From an uncultured Flavobacteriales bacterium (lineage in GTDB: Bacteria; Bacteroidota; Bacteroidia; Flavobacteriales; BACL11): a stretch of DNA of 64,000 bases. The stretch lies in the NCBI GenBank assembly GCA_905478765.1, contig CAJQJY010000012.1, positions 371 to 64,370 of the forward strand. The letters run 5' to 3'. The position numbers and the translations under genes are program-made. Below are positions 17,144 through 26,897 of the stretch, piece after piece. Within the stretch, counting starts at the first letter, position 1; each line of letters starts with the position of its first letter. A model generated the notes under the pieces. That model made no database searches and was not told where the DNA came from. It saw only the letters and a list, made by a program, of their open reading frames with translations.

Positions 17144-17575
17144 ATGACAAACATAAAGCAAGATAAATACGATAGAGCATACTTAAGGATGGCACTTGAA
17201 TGGGCTAAACTAAGCCATTGCAAACGCAAACAAGTTGGAGCACTAATAGTAAAAAACAGAATGATAATATCAGATGGATACAATGGCACACCATCAGGAT
17301 TCAAAAACTGTTGTGAAGACAAACAAAACGAAACGCATTGGTATGTACTGCATGCTGAAGCAAATGCAATACTAAAAACCGCAAGCTCAACACACGATTG
17401 TAGCGGAGCAACTGTATACTTAACCCTATCCCCTTGCAAAGATTGTAGCAAATTAATACATCAAGCAGGAATAAAACGCCTTGTTTACATCAATAAATAT
17501 TCTGACACATCAGGTGTAGATTTTTTAATAGAAGCAGGTGTTGAAGTCGTTGAATTTGACAAAGAAAGACTCTAA
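17144..17575 (+). CDS. deoxycytidylate (dCMP) deaminase
   Basis: Zinc motifs HAEANAI and PCKDCSKLI. 143 aa. Confidence 0.88.
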   Translation: MTNIKQDKYDRAYLRMALEWAKLSHCKRKQVGALIVKNRMIISDGYNGTPSGFKNCCEDKQNETHWYVLHAEANAILKTASSTHDCSGATVYLTLSPCKDCSKLIHQAGIKRLVYINKYSDTSGVDFLIEAGVEVVEFDKERL

Positions 17576-19086
17576 TGAAGAAATTACAACCCCTTATCTA
17601 TGCTCTATTAATATCAGCAGGAATACTAATAGGAAGTTTTAATAGCCCGAAAAATACAACTAAAGGGAGTAAAATAAATGGCATACTTGAGATGATAGAA
17701 AGTCATTATGTTGATACGATAAATACTTTTAATTTTGAAGATAAAGCAATAAATGCTGTCCTGAGTGAGCTAGACCCCCATTCCTCCTACATATCAATAA
17801 ATGATTTTAAAAGTGTGGAAGAAGATATGCAAGGAAGTTTTAGTGGAATTGGGGTGCAATTCAATATTATAGATGATAGCATAGTGGTAGTTTCACCAAT
17901 ATCCGGTGGACCATCAGAAAAACTAGGGATACAAAGTGGAGATAGAATAGTTACAGTAGAAAAAGAGGATGTAGCAAGTACTGGAATAAAAAATGATGAT
18001 GTTGTGAAACTCCTAAGAGGAGAAAAAGGGACAACCGTAAATATTAAAATAAAAAGAAAAGAACAAACTCAACTGATGGATTTTGCTATTGTTAGAGATG
18101 ATATACCTTTATACAGTGTAGATGCCGGAATAATGCTAACAAATAATATCGGATACATAAAAGTAAACCGATTTGCCGCAAAAACCTATAAAGAAATGAT
18201 GGAGAAAGCTCATATTCTTACATCACAAGGGATGCAAAAGTTAATCCTTGATCTAAGAAACAACCCTGGGGGCTACTTACATATTGCAATTCAGATGTGT
18301 GATGAATTATTGAAAGATGGGGAATTAATCGTATTCACTGAAGGAAGAAATAGAAGCAAAGAAGAAACTTATGCTACTGATTTTGGCTCGCTAGAAAATA
18401 TTAAAATTATTGCTCTAATAAATGAAGGCTCGGCATCAGCAAGTGAAATAGTAAGTGGGGCATTACAAGACAACGATAGAGGAATCGTAATTGGTATGCG
18501 TTCATTCGGGAAGGGATTAGTACAAGAGCAAATTACACTAGAGGATGGATCGATAGTCCGACTGACAACACAAAGATATTATACCCCAAGTGGAAGGTGC
18601 ATACAAAAAGACTATGGAAAGAATGCTAAAGATTATTACCTAGAACAATATACCAGAGATGGTGATACTGAGTATCCTGATAGTTTAAAATACACTACAA
18701 AAAACGGAAGAACAGTTTATGGCGGTGGTGGTATTACCCCTGACATAATAATAGAAAGAGATAGCACAGTGAACTATTTACAAATTAACAAAATGATTAG
18801 CAAAGGTTGGGTGAATGAATTCTGCTTTGAGAAGAGTGAACATTTGCAAAAACAAAATATCAAAGACTATAATAGTATAGATATGCAGCAAGTATATGCC
18901 GATTTTTTATCTTTTATAAAACAAAAAGACAATACTTTTGAACTCAAAATAGGTACAATAGAAACAACTTATTTAGACAATTTACTACTTGCAACTATTT
19001 CAAGAAATTTATGGGATAATGATACTTACTATAAAGTACTTAGCTTAGAAGATGAATACATACAAAGAGCAATAAAAGAATTTTAA
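17575..19086 (+). CDS. S41 family carboxy-terminal processing peptidase
   Basis: PDZ segment (GIGVQF..GGPSEKLGIQSGDRIV), catalytic Ser in EGSASASEIVSGALQD, and Lys in SFGKGLVQ. Confidence 0.88.
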   Translation: MKKLQPLIYALLISAGILIGSFNSPKNTTKGSKINGILEMIESHYVDTINTFNFEDKAINAVLSELDPHSSYISINDFKSVEEDMQGSFSGIGVQFNIIDDSIVVVSPISGGPSEKLGIQSGDRIVTVEKEDVASTGIKNDDVVKLLRGEKGTTVNIKIKRKEQTQLMDFAIVRDDIPLYSVDAGIMLTNNIGYIKVNRFAAKTYKEMMEKAHILTSQGMQKLILDLRNNPGGYLHIAIQMCDELLKDGELIVFTEGRNRSKEETYATDFGSLENIKIIALINEGSASASEIVSGALQDNDRGIVIGMRSFGKGLVQEQITLEDGSIVRLTTQRYYTPSGRCIQKDYGKNAKDYYLEQYTRDGDTEYPDSLKYTTKNGRTVYGGGGITPDIIIERDSTVNYLQINKMISKGWVNEFCFEKSEHLQKQNIKDYNSIDMQQVYADFLSFIKQKDNTFELKIGTIETTYLDNLLLATISRNLWDNDTYYKVLSLEDEYIQRAIKEF

Positions 19087-19101
19087 AGCAGTTATTTAAG
19101 T

Positions 19102-19530
19102 ATGAAAAAAATTATTTTATTGTTATTATTTCCACTTTTATGCCAAGGGCAAGAAGTCAAACGAACATATTATAATAGTGGTGCAATTCTATCAGAAGTA
19201 TATTATAATGATGAAGGATTACGAAATGGATCTACAAGATACTTTTATGATTGGGGGGCTTGGGCAATAAAATCTGAAGCCAATTATAAGAATGGAAAAA
19301 TGGAAGGGGGTTTTACATCTTACACTAAGTTCGGTAGAATAAAAGAAGAAGGTTTTTACAAATACACTAAAGCAGGAGTGTGGAGTGATAGAACTGGAAT
19401 ATGGAGACGATACTATGATAGTGGTGAGCTCAATACCGAAATAACTTATGATGAAGATGGTAAGGCCGTTAAATACATAAGTTATGAAAAAGATGGCACA
19501 ATAGTGCCTATGCCTGATGGTGGGTGTTAA
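19102..19530 (+). CDS. MORN-repeat-variant (YwqK-like) secreted protein
   Basis: Signal peptide. Repeated Y.NG....E..Y..G pattern (YYNSGAILSEVYYNDEGLRNG, ANYKNGKMEG). Confidence 0.6.
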   Translation: MKKIILLLLFPLLCQGQEVKRTYYNSGAILSEVYYNDEGLRNGSTRYFYDWGAWAIKSEANYKNGKMEGGFTSYTKFGRIKEEGFYKYTKAGVWSDRTGIWRRYYDSGELNTEITYDEDGKAVKYISYEKDGTIVPMPDGGC

Positions 19531-19577
19531 GCAATTCTTCCGATACGTAATAGTTTAAAAAACACTAAATGAAATAT

Positions 19578-19590
19578 TTAAAGTGAATGG
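19578..19590 (+). repeat. 13-bp direct repeat, left copy (TTAAAGTGAATGG)
   Basis: Identical 13-mer recurs at 20472-20484. Each copy has AATAGTT(T)AAA upstream and AACAC(T)TAAA(A)T nearby. Confidence 0.7.
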
Positions 19591-19706
19591 ACTGATATTA
19601 GTGAAGGGGATAATGAAACTTATAGAGGTTATTTTGATAAAGTTAACTAAGAATTAGAACTCAACCACGATCACGGTCTAAGTCCAAAAAATCTTATCTT
19701 TGACAT

Positions 19707-20273
19707 ATGTTAGAAATTCTATTTGGTATATCATTTTCATTATTTGAAGGAAACCTAATTGATACAAAACTTAAACATCACAAATATGAAAAAGAGGACT
19801 ATAAAGAAATTTTTTATTTAAAGAATAAAGAATCTGTTAACACATATTGTGTTAAACATTCTAAAATAGAAAATATTCAGAAAAAGAAATATCGTAGTCA
19901 TGATGGGTTAGAAGAAACTAAATATAAAGTTTCAGTAAAATGTATACAAGATAATTATATGTCAAAAAATAATATCAATCCAGAAAATTATCATGAAAAT
20001 CGTAGAGAGTTAAAAACTACATTATCAAAATCAGATTTTGATTTGTCTTATGATAAATTTGGAATAAGTTGTTCAGAACTATTGGGTGAACACCTATATT
20101 GTAATATATGTTTTAATTCAGATGAAAACAGTTTAACCTCATATGATGGTAGAAAATTTAAATTTAAAAAAAACATCTCATCTATTGAAGTTACAAATGA
20201 ATGTCTTAGTTTGATTTCAAGTATGACAATGGGTTCTAATGAATACTCAGAATTTTTAAAAACTCAAAAATAA
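19707..20273 (+). CDS. orphan hypothetical protein
   Basis: 188-aa ORF, K/N/E-rich, with no signal peptide and no motif I recognise. It sits in an AT-richer gap between convergent core genes. Whether it is coding is uncertain. Confidence 0.35.
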   Translation: MLEILFGISFSLFEGNLIDTKLKHHKYEKEDYKEIFYLKNKESVNTYCVKHSKIENIQKKKYRSHDGLEETKYKVSVKCIQDNYMSKNNINPENYHENRRELKTTLSKSDFDLSYDKFGISCSELLGEHLYCNICFNSDENSLTSYDGRKFKFKKNISSIEVTNECLSLISSMTMGSNEYSEFLKTQK

Positions 20274-20306
20274 ATTCTAATATTTAATTTTAACGTATTG
20301 ATTTAC

Positions 20307-20346
20307 TAATCGACAACTACCCCATACATTTGGAGTTAGTCGATTA
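20307..20346. other. imperfect inverted repeat / hairpin between convergent genes
   Basis: TAATCGACAACT (20307-20318) pairs with AGTT-A-GTCGATTA (20334-20346), leaving a 15-nt loop. No flanking U-tract, so it is not a canonical terminator. Confidence 0.4.
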
Positions 20347-20471
20347 AATCGAATATTCTCACGGAAACATCACATGTATTTATGTAGTACTATTAGAAAT
20401 ATAATATTAGTCGGAACCCCTATGTTCTAACATTCAACATTGAAACCAATTCATAGTACTTAATGGAATAG

Positions 20472-20484
20472 TTAAAGTGAATGG
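20472..20484 (+). repeat. 13-bp direct repeat, right copy (TTAAAGTGAATGG)
   Basis: Identical to 19578-19590, 894 bp away. Confidence 0.7.
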
Positions 20485-20559
20485 TAACACTTAAAAATCA
20501 ATCACAAGAAATTACAAATTAAATAAGGAAGTTTTAGAATCTAAAAATCGGATACAAAA

Positions 20560-22401
20560 TCACTCAACCGTAACAGATTTAGCTAAATTTCTTGGCTGAT
20601 CAACATCACATCCTCTTAACAGTGCAATATGATAAGATAGTAATTGTAAAGGAATATTAGTGAGCAGTGGCGTTAACTCTTCAAAACAATTTGGAATTTC
20701 TATGCAGTAATCTGCAATATCCTTTACAGTTTTATCACCCTCAGTTACAATTGCTATAAGTCTACCCCCTCTTGCTTTTACTTCTTGTATGTTGCTTACC
20801 ACCTTTTCGTAATTTCCTTTTTTAGTCGCAATAACAACAATTGGCATTTCATCATCAATAAGCGCAATTGGCCCGTGCTTCATTTCAGCAGCAGGGTATC
20901 CTTCCGCATGGATATAAGAAATCTCTTTTAGCTTAAGCGCTCCTTCCAATGCAACCGGGAAATTGTAACCCCTACCTAAATAAAGGAAATTAGAAACATC
21001 CATAAATTGCTGAGCGATTATTTCAATCTGGGAATTTGTTTTTAATACTTCCTCAACTTTTCTAGGAATCAATGCCAATTCCGTTATAATTTGATGGTAA
21101 TTGGTATTTGAAAGCATTCCTTTTTGCTTCCCAATGCGAAGAGCCATTAAAGTAAGCACCACAACTTGAGTTGTAAATGCCTTAGTAGATGCCACCCCAA
21201 TTTCTGGACCAGCATGAGTATAAATCCCTGCATGAGTTAACCTAGCAATTGAAGATCCTACGACATTACAAACTCCTAAAATAGTCGCCCCTTTTTCTTT
21301 TGCTAACTCTAAAGCTGCTAAAGTATCAGCCGTTTCCCCCGATTGTGAAATAGCTAAAACAACATCAGTTTCACGAATTATAGGATTACGATATCTAAAC
21401 TCGGAAGCATATTCCACTTCAACAGGAATTCTTGCAAAATCTTCAAATAAATACTCGCCAATTAATCCAGCATGCCAAGAAGTGCCACAAGCGACAATAA
21501 TAATACGATTAGCATTCATTATTTTTTGTTCGTAATTAGAAATACCTCCGAGAATTACCTCGTTATTATCGGGATTAATTCTCCCCCTCATAGTATCAAG
21601 TATACTTTTAGGTTGCTCGTAAATTTCTTTAAGCATAAAATGGGTGAAACCATCTTTTTCAATAGTATCTAAACTCATTTCTAACTCATGAATATAAGCA
21701 GTTTTAATTTCGTTATCAATGGTTTTTATCTCTAATTCTTCGCAAGCATTTACCCTTGCTATTTCACCATCTTCTAAATAAACTACATCTTTGGTATATT
21801 CAATAATAGGAGTAGCATCTGATGCAATATAATACTCATCACACCCAATACCAATTACTAAAGGAGAACCTTTACGAGCAGCAATAAACTCATTAGTAAC
21901 TCCATCCTCCATCACCACAATTGCATATGCACCAACCACCTCATCAAGGGCAATTCTTACCGCCTCAAATAAACTAACATTTTCATATTTTTTAACATCT
22001 TCAATAAGGTGAATTAATACTTCAGTATCAGTATCACTTTTAAAAGTATAACCTTTTGTTTCTAAAGCAGTTTTTATAGATGCGTAATTTTCAATAATCC
22101 CATTATGAATAATTGATAATTTTCCATCACTAGAATTATGTGGGTGAGAATTTACCTGATTAGGAACCCCATGGGTTGCCCATCTTGTGTGCCCAATGCC
22201 TATTGAGCCACTCGTATCTTTAATTGAAATATAAGCTTCTAAATCAGAAACCTTACCTTTTTGTTTTAAGGTAGTAATGCCGGAATCATTTCCTATTGCA
22301 ACACCTGCAGAATCATAACCTCTATACTCTAAACGCTTTAATCCTTTAATGATAATTGGGTAGGCATCTTTGTTTCCTACATAAGCTACAATGCCACACA
22401 T
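20560..22401 (-). CDS. glmS: glutamine--fructose-6-phosphate aminotransferase (isomerizing)
   Basis: Starts MCGIVAY (Ntn Cys). 613 aa with two SIS domains. Ends KSVTVE. Confidence 0.95.
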   Translation of the reverse strand: MCGIVAYVGNKDAYPIIIKGLKRLEYRGYDSAGVAIGNDSGITTLKQKGKVSDLEAYISIKDTSGSIGIGHTRWATHGVPNQVNSHPHNSSDGKLSIIHNGIIENYASIKTALETKGYTFKSDTDTEVLIHLIEDVKKYENVSLFEAVRIALDEVVGAYAIVVMEDGVTNEFIAARKGSPLVIGIGCDEYYIASDATPIIEYTKDVVYLEDGEIARVNACEELEIKTIDNEIKTAYIHELEMSLDTIEKDGFTHFMLKEIYEQPKSILDTMRGRINPDNNEVILGGISNYEQKIMNANRIIIVACGTSWHAGLIGEYLFEDFARIPVEVEYASEFRYRNPIIRETDVVLAISQSGETADTLAALELAKEKGATILGVCNVVGSSIARLTHAGIYTHAGPEIGVASTKAFTTQVVVLTLMALRIGKQKGMLSNTNYHQIITELALIPRKVEEVLKTNSQIEIIAQQFMDVSNFLYLGRGYNFPVALEGALKLKEISYIHAEGYPAAEMKHGPIALIDDEMPIVVIATKKGNYEKVVSNIQEVKARGGRLIAIVTEGDKTVKDIADYCIEIPNCFEELTPLLTNIPLQLLSYHIALLRGCDVDQPRNLAKSVTVE

Positions 22402-22404
22402 AAT

Positions 22405-23610
22405 TTATAAATCTGAATAGTTAATAGTCAATTTAATATCCTTGTTAAGTATCGTTCTATTTGCATTTACAGCAGCACCAGCAGGCATTAAATATAAATC
22501 GTTTGTATAAGATGAATTATTTAATAATTGGTAAAAATATCTAGTGATATTAAAAGAGTAAATATCTTCTTCTAATTTACCACCAAAATGCGTCTCTCCT
22601 TCAATAGTAAAGTCAGTTAGGAATACATTTTTTCCTTCATTATTAACACGGACTAAAACTAATTTTTCGTGTGCTTCAAATTCAGATTGTGATCCTGATT
22701 CAACATCAAAATCAATAGTAACTTTATTTATCACTTTATCTCCTAAAGTGTCTTTTATAACATCTAAATCTCTTAAAGTAATTTTAGCTTTATAGCCTGC
22801 CATTGATTGCAAATGAACCTTAGAATCATCTTCAATTATAGCATTGTCATTCTTTTCATTAAAAAGATTAATCCTTGCAGCATCACCACCTAATTCAAAG
22901 TCTAACAATAAGGAATCATTATTATCATTATGATAATAGATTTTTAAATATGAATTTGACCCATCAGGGTTTAAATAAAGCATAGTGTTTTGTGCACTAG
23001 CAACAACATTTATTCCCTTAAAGTTTTCTAAGAAAACCTCATTGTCTTTTAACCCATCATTCTCTAAATCTAAAATTAAATCTCCAAAATCATTTTGTAA
23101 TTTCACTTTTAAAAGTGGTTTTTCTGCATCGTTAGAAACTGAATAAGATTCAATATAAGACATCCCTGCGGGTGTTGGTATTTGGTATGATGTAGAATAA
23201 TACACTGAATCTTTATAAATATCATCTTGAAGTACTAAAACATCTATACTAGTAAAATCTGCTACATCATCACCATAATAACCTGAGTAAGTATAAGACA
23301 TTACAACTGAATCAACAATAGGGTTAGTGCCTAAATCAGTATTGTTATCGGTCAAAAGGATTTGAGAATAAAAAGAAGATCTATTGTTCCCAAAATCAGA
23401 ATCATCTATTTCTCCTAAAATTAAAGATAAAGTCTCATCAGTTCTTACAGAATCTACACTTTCGGTAGCTGAAGTGAAATTAATAAAATCATCACTATTA
23501 ATAATAATGTTGTCAGATGTGGGTTGTACTTCTAAGCCAATTGTATTTGGATCAGTACATGAAACTACAAGTAAAGCTACTAATAAGCTTACTGAAAATA
23601 TTTTATTCAT
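22405..23610 (-). CDS. DUF4270 family lipoprotein
   Basis: Lipobox LVVSCTD. 401-aa beta-rich protein between the glycogen-synthase-like gene and glmS, the usual Bacteroidota context as I recall it. Confidence 0.6.
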   Translation of the reverse strand: MNKIFSVSLLVALLVVSCTDPNTIGLEVQPTSDNIIINSDDFINFTSATESVDSVRTDETLSLILGEIDDSDFGNNRSSFYSQILLTDNNTDLGTNPIVDSVVMSYTYSGYYGDDVADFTSIDVLVLQDDIYKDSVYYSTSYQIPTPAGMSYIESYSVSNDAEKPLLKVKLQNDFGDLILDLENDGLKDNEVFLENFKGINVVASAQNTMLYLNPDGSNSYLKIYYHNDNNDSLLLDFELGGDAARINLFNEKNDNAIIEDDSKVHLQSMAGYKAKITLRDLDVIKDTLGDKVINKVTIDFDVESGSQSEFEAHEKLVLVRVNNEGKNVFLTDFTIEGETHFGGKLEEDIYSFNITRYFYQLLNNSSYTNDLYLMPAGAAVNANRTILNKDIKLTINYSDL

Positions 23611-23616
23611 TTTTAT

Positions 23617-24447
23617 TTATTCTGTAATTACTGCTTCTTCCTCCTCTATAAATTGAGAATAGAAATCTTGGTAAGCATCAATATAATCTTCATCACCAGG
23701 ATATTGCATAAACGGTTTTTCTGACTTTTTAATATGCGCAAGCACATCTTCACCCATTTCAGGACTTGCTTGAACTACAGCGTCAGCATAATCAGTAGCA
23801 AATTTGTGTAAATTATTTATATTAGGCACCTTAACTCCTTCAACATCATTATCATCGAGTTTTTCATACAATAATTTTTCAGCCATGGTGTCACTTAACA
23901 CCCCATCAAAAGAATTATCAAAAATAGAATAAATAACTTTTACATTTTCAAATAAAGGATCATCAGCATACAATGTTTTAATATACATAGGGACCAAAGA
24001 AGTAAACCAGCCTTGGCAATGAATAACATCAGGAGCCCAACCTAATTTACGAACAGTTTCAATAACCCCCTTACAATAGAAAATCATACGCTCATCATTA
24101 TTGGTCATGAAGTTTCCATCTAAATCATCGAACATTTGCCTTTTAGGGAAGTACTCATCATTGTCAATAAAGTAAACTTGCAATCTTAATTTTTGAATAG
24201 AGGCAACTTTGATAATTAACTGATGATCGAAATCATCAATAATTAAATTCATTCCTGAAAGACGAATTACTTCATGTAATTGATGTCTTCTTTCATTAAT
24301 TGTCCCAAATCTTGGCAAGAACATTCTAATATCTTTACCGCTTTCTTGTGTTTTTTGTGGCAATAAACTTGCTATACCTCCCATAACTGTTTCTCCAGTA
24401 TATGGTGCGATTTCCTGTGAAACATACAAAACTCTCTTCTTCTGCAT
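23617..24447 (-). CDS. short glycogen/starch synthase-like protein (GT5 N-terminal domain only)
   Basis: MQKKRVLYVSQEIAPYTGETVMGGIA resembles the GlgA N-terminus. 276 aa. Divergent from panC. Confidence 0.7.
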   Translation of the reverse strand: MQKKRVLYVSQEIAPYTGETVMGGIASLLPQKTQESGKDIRMFLPRFGTINERRHQLHEVIRLSGMNLIIDDFDHQLIIKVASIQKLRLQVYFIDNDEYFPKRQMFDDLDGNFMTNNDERMIFYCKGVIETVRKLGWAPDVIHCQGWFTSLVPMYIKTLYADDPLFENVKVIYSIFDNSFDGVLSDTMAEKLLYEKLDDNDVEGVKVPNINNLHKFATDYADAVVQASPEMGEDVLAHIKKSEKPFMQYPGDEDYIDAYQDFYSQFIEEEEAVITE

Positions 24448-24508
24448 TGATTAGATTTTAAGTACACAAAAATATAGAAAAAAAAGCGTAACATCAAAGC
24501 TTTTCTAT

Positions 24509-24516
24509 TAGATTTG
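24509..24516 (+). promoter_or_regulatory. -7 box TAGATTTG for panC
   Basis: TAnnTTTG, 31 nt upstream of the ATG at 24548. Confidence 0.35.
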
Positions 24517-24547
24517 TCAGCTTTACAATTATTATCAATGCTGGTAA

Positions 24548-25384
24548 ATGGAAATATTTAAAACAAACACCGAATTAACTACCTACTTAAATACTTTTGA
24601 TAGTGAAAATTCTGTCGGATTTACACCAACAATGGGAGCTTTACATAGTGGACATTTACAATTAATTGAAAGTTCAATAAGTGAATGTGACATTTCAATA
24701 TGCAGTATATTCGTAAACCCCACACAGTTTAATAATTCTAGTGATTTAGAAAAATACCCAAATACATTAAAATCTGATTTAGAAAAACTAAAAAAAATAA
24801 ATTGTGATATAGTTTACACGCCAACTATTGATGATTTGTATACAAAAGGAGAGAAAGCGAAAGAGTTTAACTTTGGAAGTTTAGCTGCATCAATGGAAGG
24901 GGAATATAGGCCAGGACATTTTAACGGAATGGCAACTATAGTTGAAAAATTCTTCAATATTATACATCCTACAAAAGCATTTTTCGGACAAAAAGATTTA
25001 CAACAACTACAAATTGTAAAAGCATTGGTAAAACAAATGCAGTCCGATATTGAAATTATTGGCATACCTACTATCAGAGATGAAAATGGATTAGCGAAAA
25101 GTTCAAGAAATTCTTTACTATCTGCAAATGCAAAAACGGAAGCTTTACTCATTAGTAAATGTTTAACTTTTTGCACTGAAAACAAGAAACTAGGAATATC
25201 TGAATTACAAAAATACATAAAAAGTGCTTTTGAAAAAAGTAGAAACTTAGAGCTTGAATATGCTGAATTTGTATCTTTAAATCAGATGAAAGAAATTAAA
25301 GATTGGGAAGCAGAAAATCAATCTGCAGTTTGCATAGCAGCATATATTTATGGTGTTCGATTAATTGATAATATAATTTTATAG
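24548..25384 (+). CDS. panC: pantoate--beta-alanine ligase
   Basis: GFTPTMGALHSGHLQLI, FGQKDLQQ. Confidence 0.93.
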   Translation: MEIFKTNTELTTYLNTFDSENSVGFTPTMGALHSGHLQLIESSISECDISICSIFVNPTQFNNSSDLEKYPNTLKSDLEKLKKINCDIVYTPTIDDLYTKGEKAKEFNFGSLAASMEGEYRPGHFNGMATIVEKFFNIIHPTKAFFGQKDLQQLQIVKALVKQMQSDIEIIGIPTIRDENGLAKSSRNSLLSANAKTEALLISKCLTFCTENKKLGISELQKYIKSAFEKSRNLELEYAEFVSLNQMKEIKDWEAENQSAVCIAAYIYGVRLIDNIIL

Positions 25385-25393
25385 TTTTACAAC

Positions 25394-26419
25394 ATGAACA
25401 AAAAAGTAATTTTAAAAGTTTTAAAATATATTGCATCATTAGGCCTTGCTTTTGGAATTTTATACTTGCTGTTTAAAAACCAAGACCCAGTAAGGCTAGT
25501 TGAAGAAATACAAAAAGTAGATGGGAAATGGGTAGTTTTATCAATGATTTTTGGAGGATGGGCCTATATAAGTAGAGGGCTAAGATGGATCGTTCTGATT
25601 GATGCATTAGGTTATAAATCATCAAAATTACATTCAATTGCCGCAGTATCGGTTGGTTATTTTACAAATATGTTTATTCCTAGAGCTGGTGAAATTTCAA
25701 GATGTACTGCTTTAAACCAAACTGATAAAATTCCTGTTGACAAATTATTTGGCACAATTTTAGTAGAAAGAGTGCTTGATTTAATATTTTTAATATTTTT
25801 AATATCTCTGATAATTACACTTAAATTTAGTGATATTTTTAATTTTTACAAAGCACTTCAAAGCCAGCAAAATGAAAGTGCTGGACACAGTAATTTGCTG
25901 TTATTATTCGCAATTATTGGAGTACTTGTTATCTCCTTTATTTTTCTTAATAAATGGCTTAAAAAATCATCTTTTTATGATAAAGTCTTGGATTTTATTG
26001 AAGGGCTGAAAGAAGGATTTAAAAGCATTAAAAACATGAAAAGGAAATCAGCATTCTGGTTTCATAGTTTTAGTATCTGGATCATGTATTTCCTTATGAC
26101 TTATATCTGCTTTTTCAGCATGCAAGAAACAAGCCATTTAACTGCTGGTGATGGACTTTTCCTATTAGTATTAGGTGGAATAGGAATGGTAATTCCTACT
26201 CCAGGAGGTGTAGGGTCATATCACGCTATCGTAATGATTGGCCTATCTGTTTTAGGAGTAGGAGTCGTATTTTTAGGTGAAGGGGGAGACCCAACAAATC
26301 CTGCACTATTGTTCCCAACTATAGTACATGTTGCACAAAGTTTAGTAGCCATTATTATGGGGTCTATTGGTCTACTTGTTTTATTTTTATCCAAAAAGAA
26401 AAACAATGTCGTATCTTAA
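25394..26419 (+). CDS. lysylphosphatidylglycerol synthase TM-region (UPF0104, flippase-like) membrane protein
   Basis: 341 aa with about 8 TM helices. RGLRWIVLI and IPRAGEISR motifs. Confidence 0.7.
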   Translation: MNKKVILKVLKYIASLGLAFGILYLLFKNQDPVRLVEEIQKVDGKWVVLSMIFGGWAYISRGLRWIVLIDALGYKSSKLHSIAAVSVGYFTNMFIPRAGEISRCTALNQTDKIPVDKLFGTILVERVLDLIFLIFLISLIITLKFSDIFNFYKALQSQQNESAGHSNLLLLFAIIGVLVISFIFLNKWLKKSSFYDKVLDFIEGLKEGFKSIKNMKRKSAFWFHSFSIWIMYFLMTYICFFSMQETSHLTAGDGLFLLVLGGIGMVIPTPGGVGSYHAIVMIGLSVLGVGVVFLGEGGDPTNPALLFPTIVHVAQSLVAIIMGSIGLLVLFLSKKKNNVVS

Positions 26420-26897
26420 AACTATACAGCATAAAATTTTCTCGCTTTCTGATTTAAAAAATCAAGTGAATGCTTGGAAACAAGCTGGAGAAAATGTCGT
26501 TTTTACTAATGGTTGTTTTGACATAATACACAGAGGACATATTGAAGTATTGGCACAAACTGCTGATTTAGGTGATAAATTAATTATCGGATTAAATTCA
26601 GATACTTCTATACAAAAATTAAAAGGGGAAAATCGCCCAATCATTGATGAGCAAGCAAGATCCATTTTGTTAGCAGCATTTAGTTTTGTTGATGCAGTAA
26701 TTTTATTTCCAGAAGATACGCCAATTAATTTAATAAGTGCACTTTTACCAGATGTACTCGCAAAAGGTGGTGATTATGAAATTGATAATATTGTAGGGCA
26801 TGAAATTGTACAGTATAATGGAGGAAAAGTAATACTTGTTCCTTTTGTTGATGGATTTTCAAGCACTACAATTATTAATAAAATCAAAAAATCCTAA
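26406..26897 (+). CDS. D-glycero-beta-D-manno-heptose 1-phosphate adenylyltransferase-like cytidylyltransferase (RfaE domain II type)
   Basis: Start moved to MSYLKTIQ. FTNGCFDIIHRGHIEVL and DYEIDNIVG. Confidence 0.75.
   Translation: MSYLKTIQHKIFSLSDLKNQVNAWKQAGENVVFTNGCFDIIHRGHIEVLAQTADLGDKLIIGLNSDTSIQKLKGENRPIIDEQARSILLAAFSFVDAVILFPEDTPINLISALLPDVLAKGGDYEIDNIVGHEIVQYNGGKVILVPFVDGFSSTTIINKIKKS

Noticed and set aside
23617-24447. Glycogen synthase-like gene of only 276 aa, considered as a truncated pseudogene
   Set aside because: The ORF is intact, starts with the canonical GlgA-like N-terminus and fills the interval to the DUF4270 gene exactly. This short form next to panC is, to my knowledge, the normal Bacteroidota arrangement.
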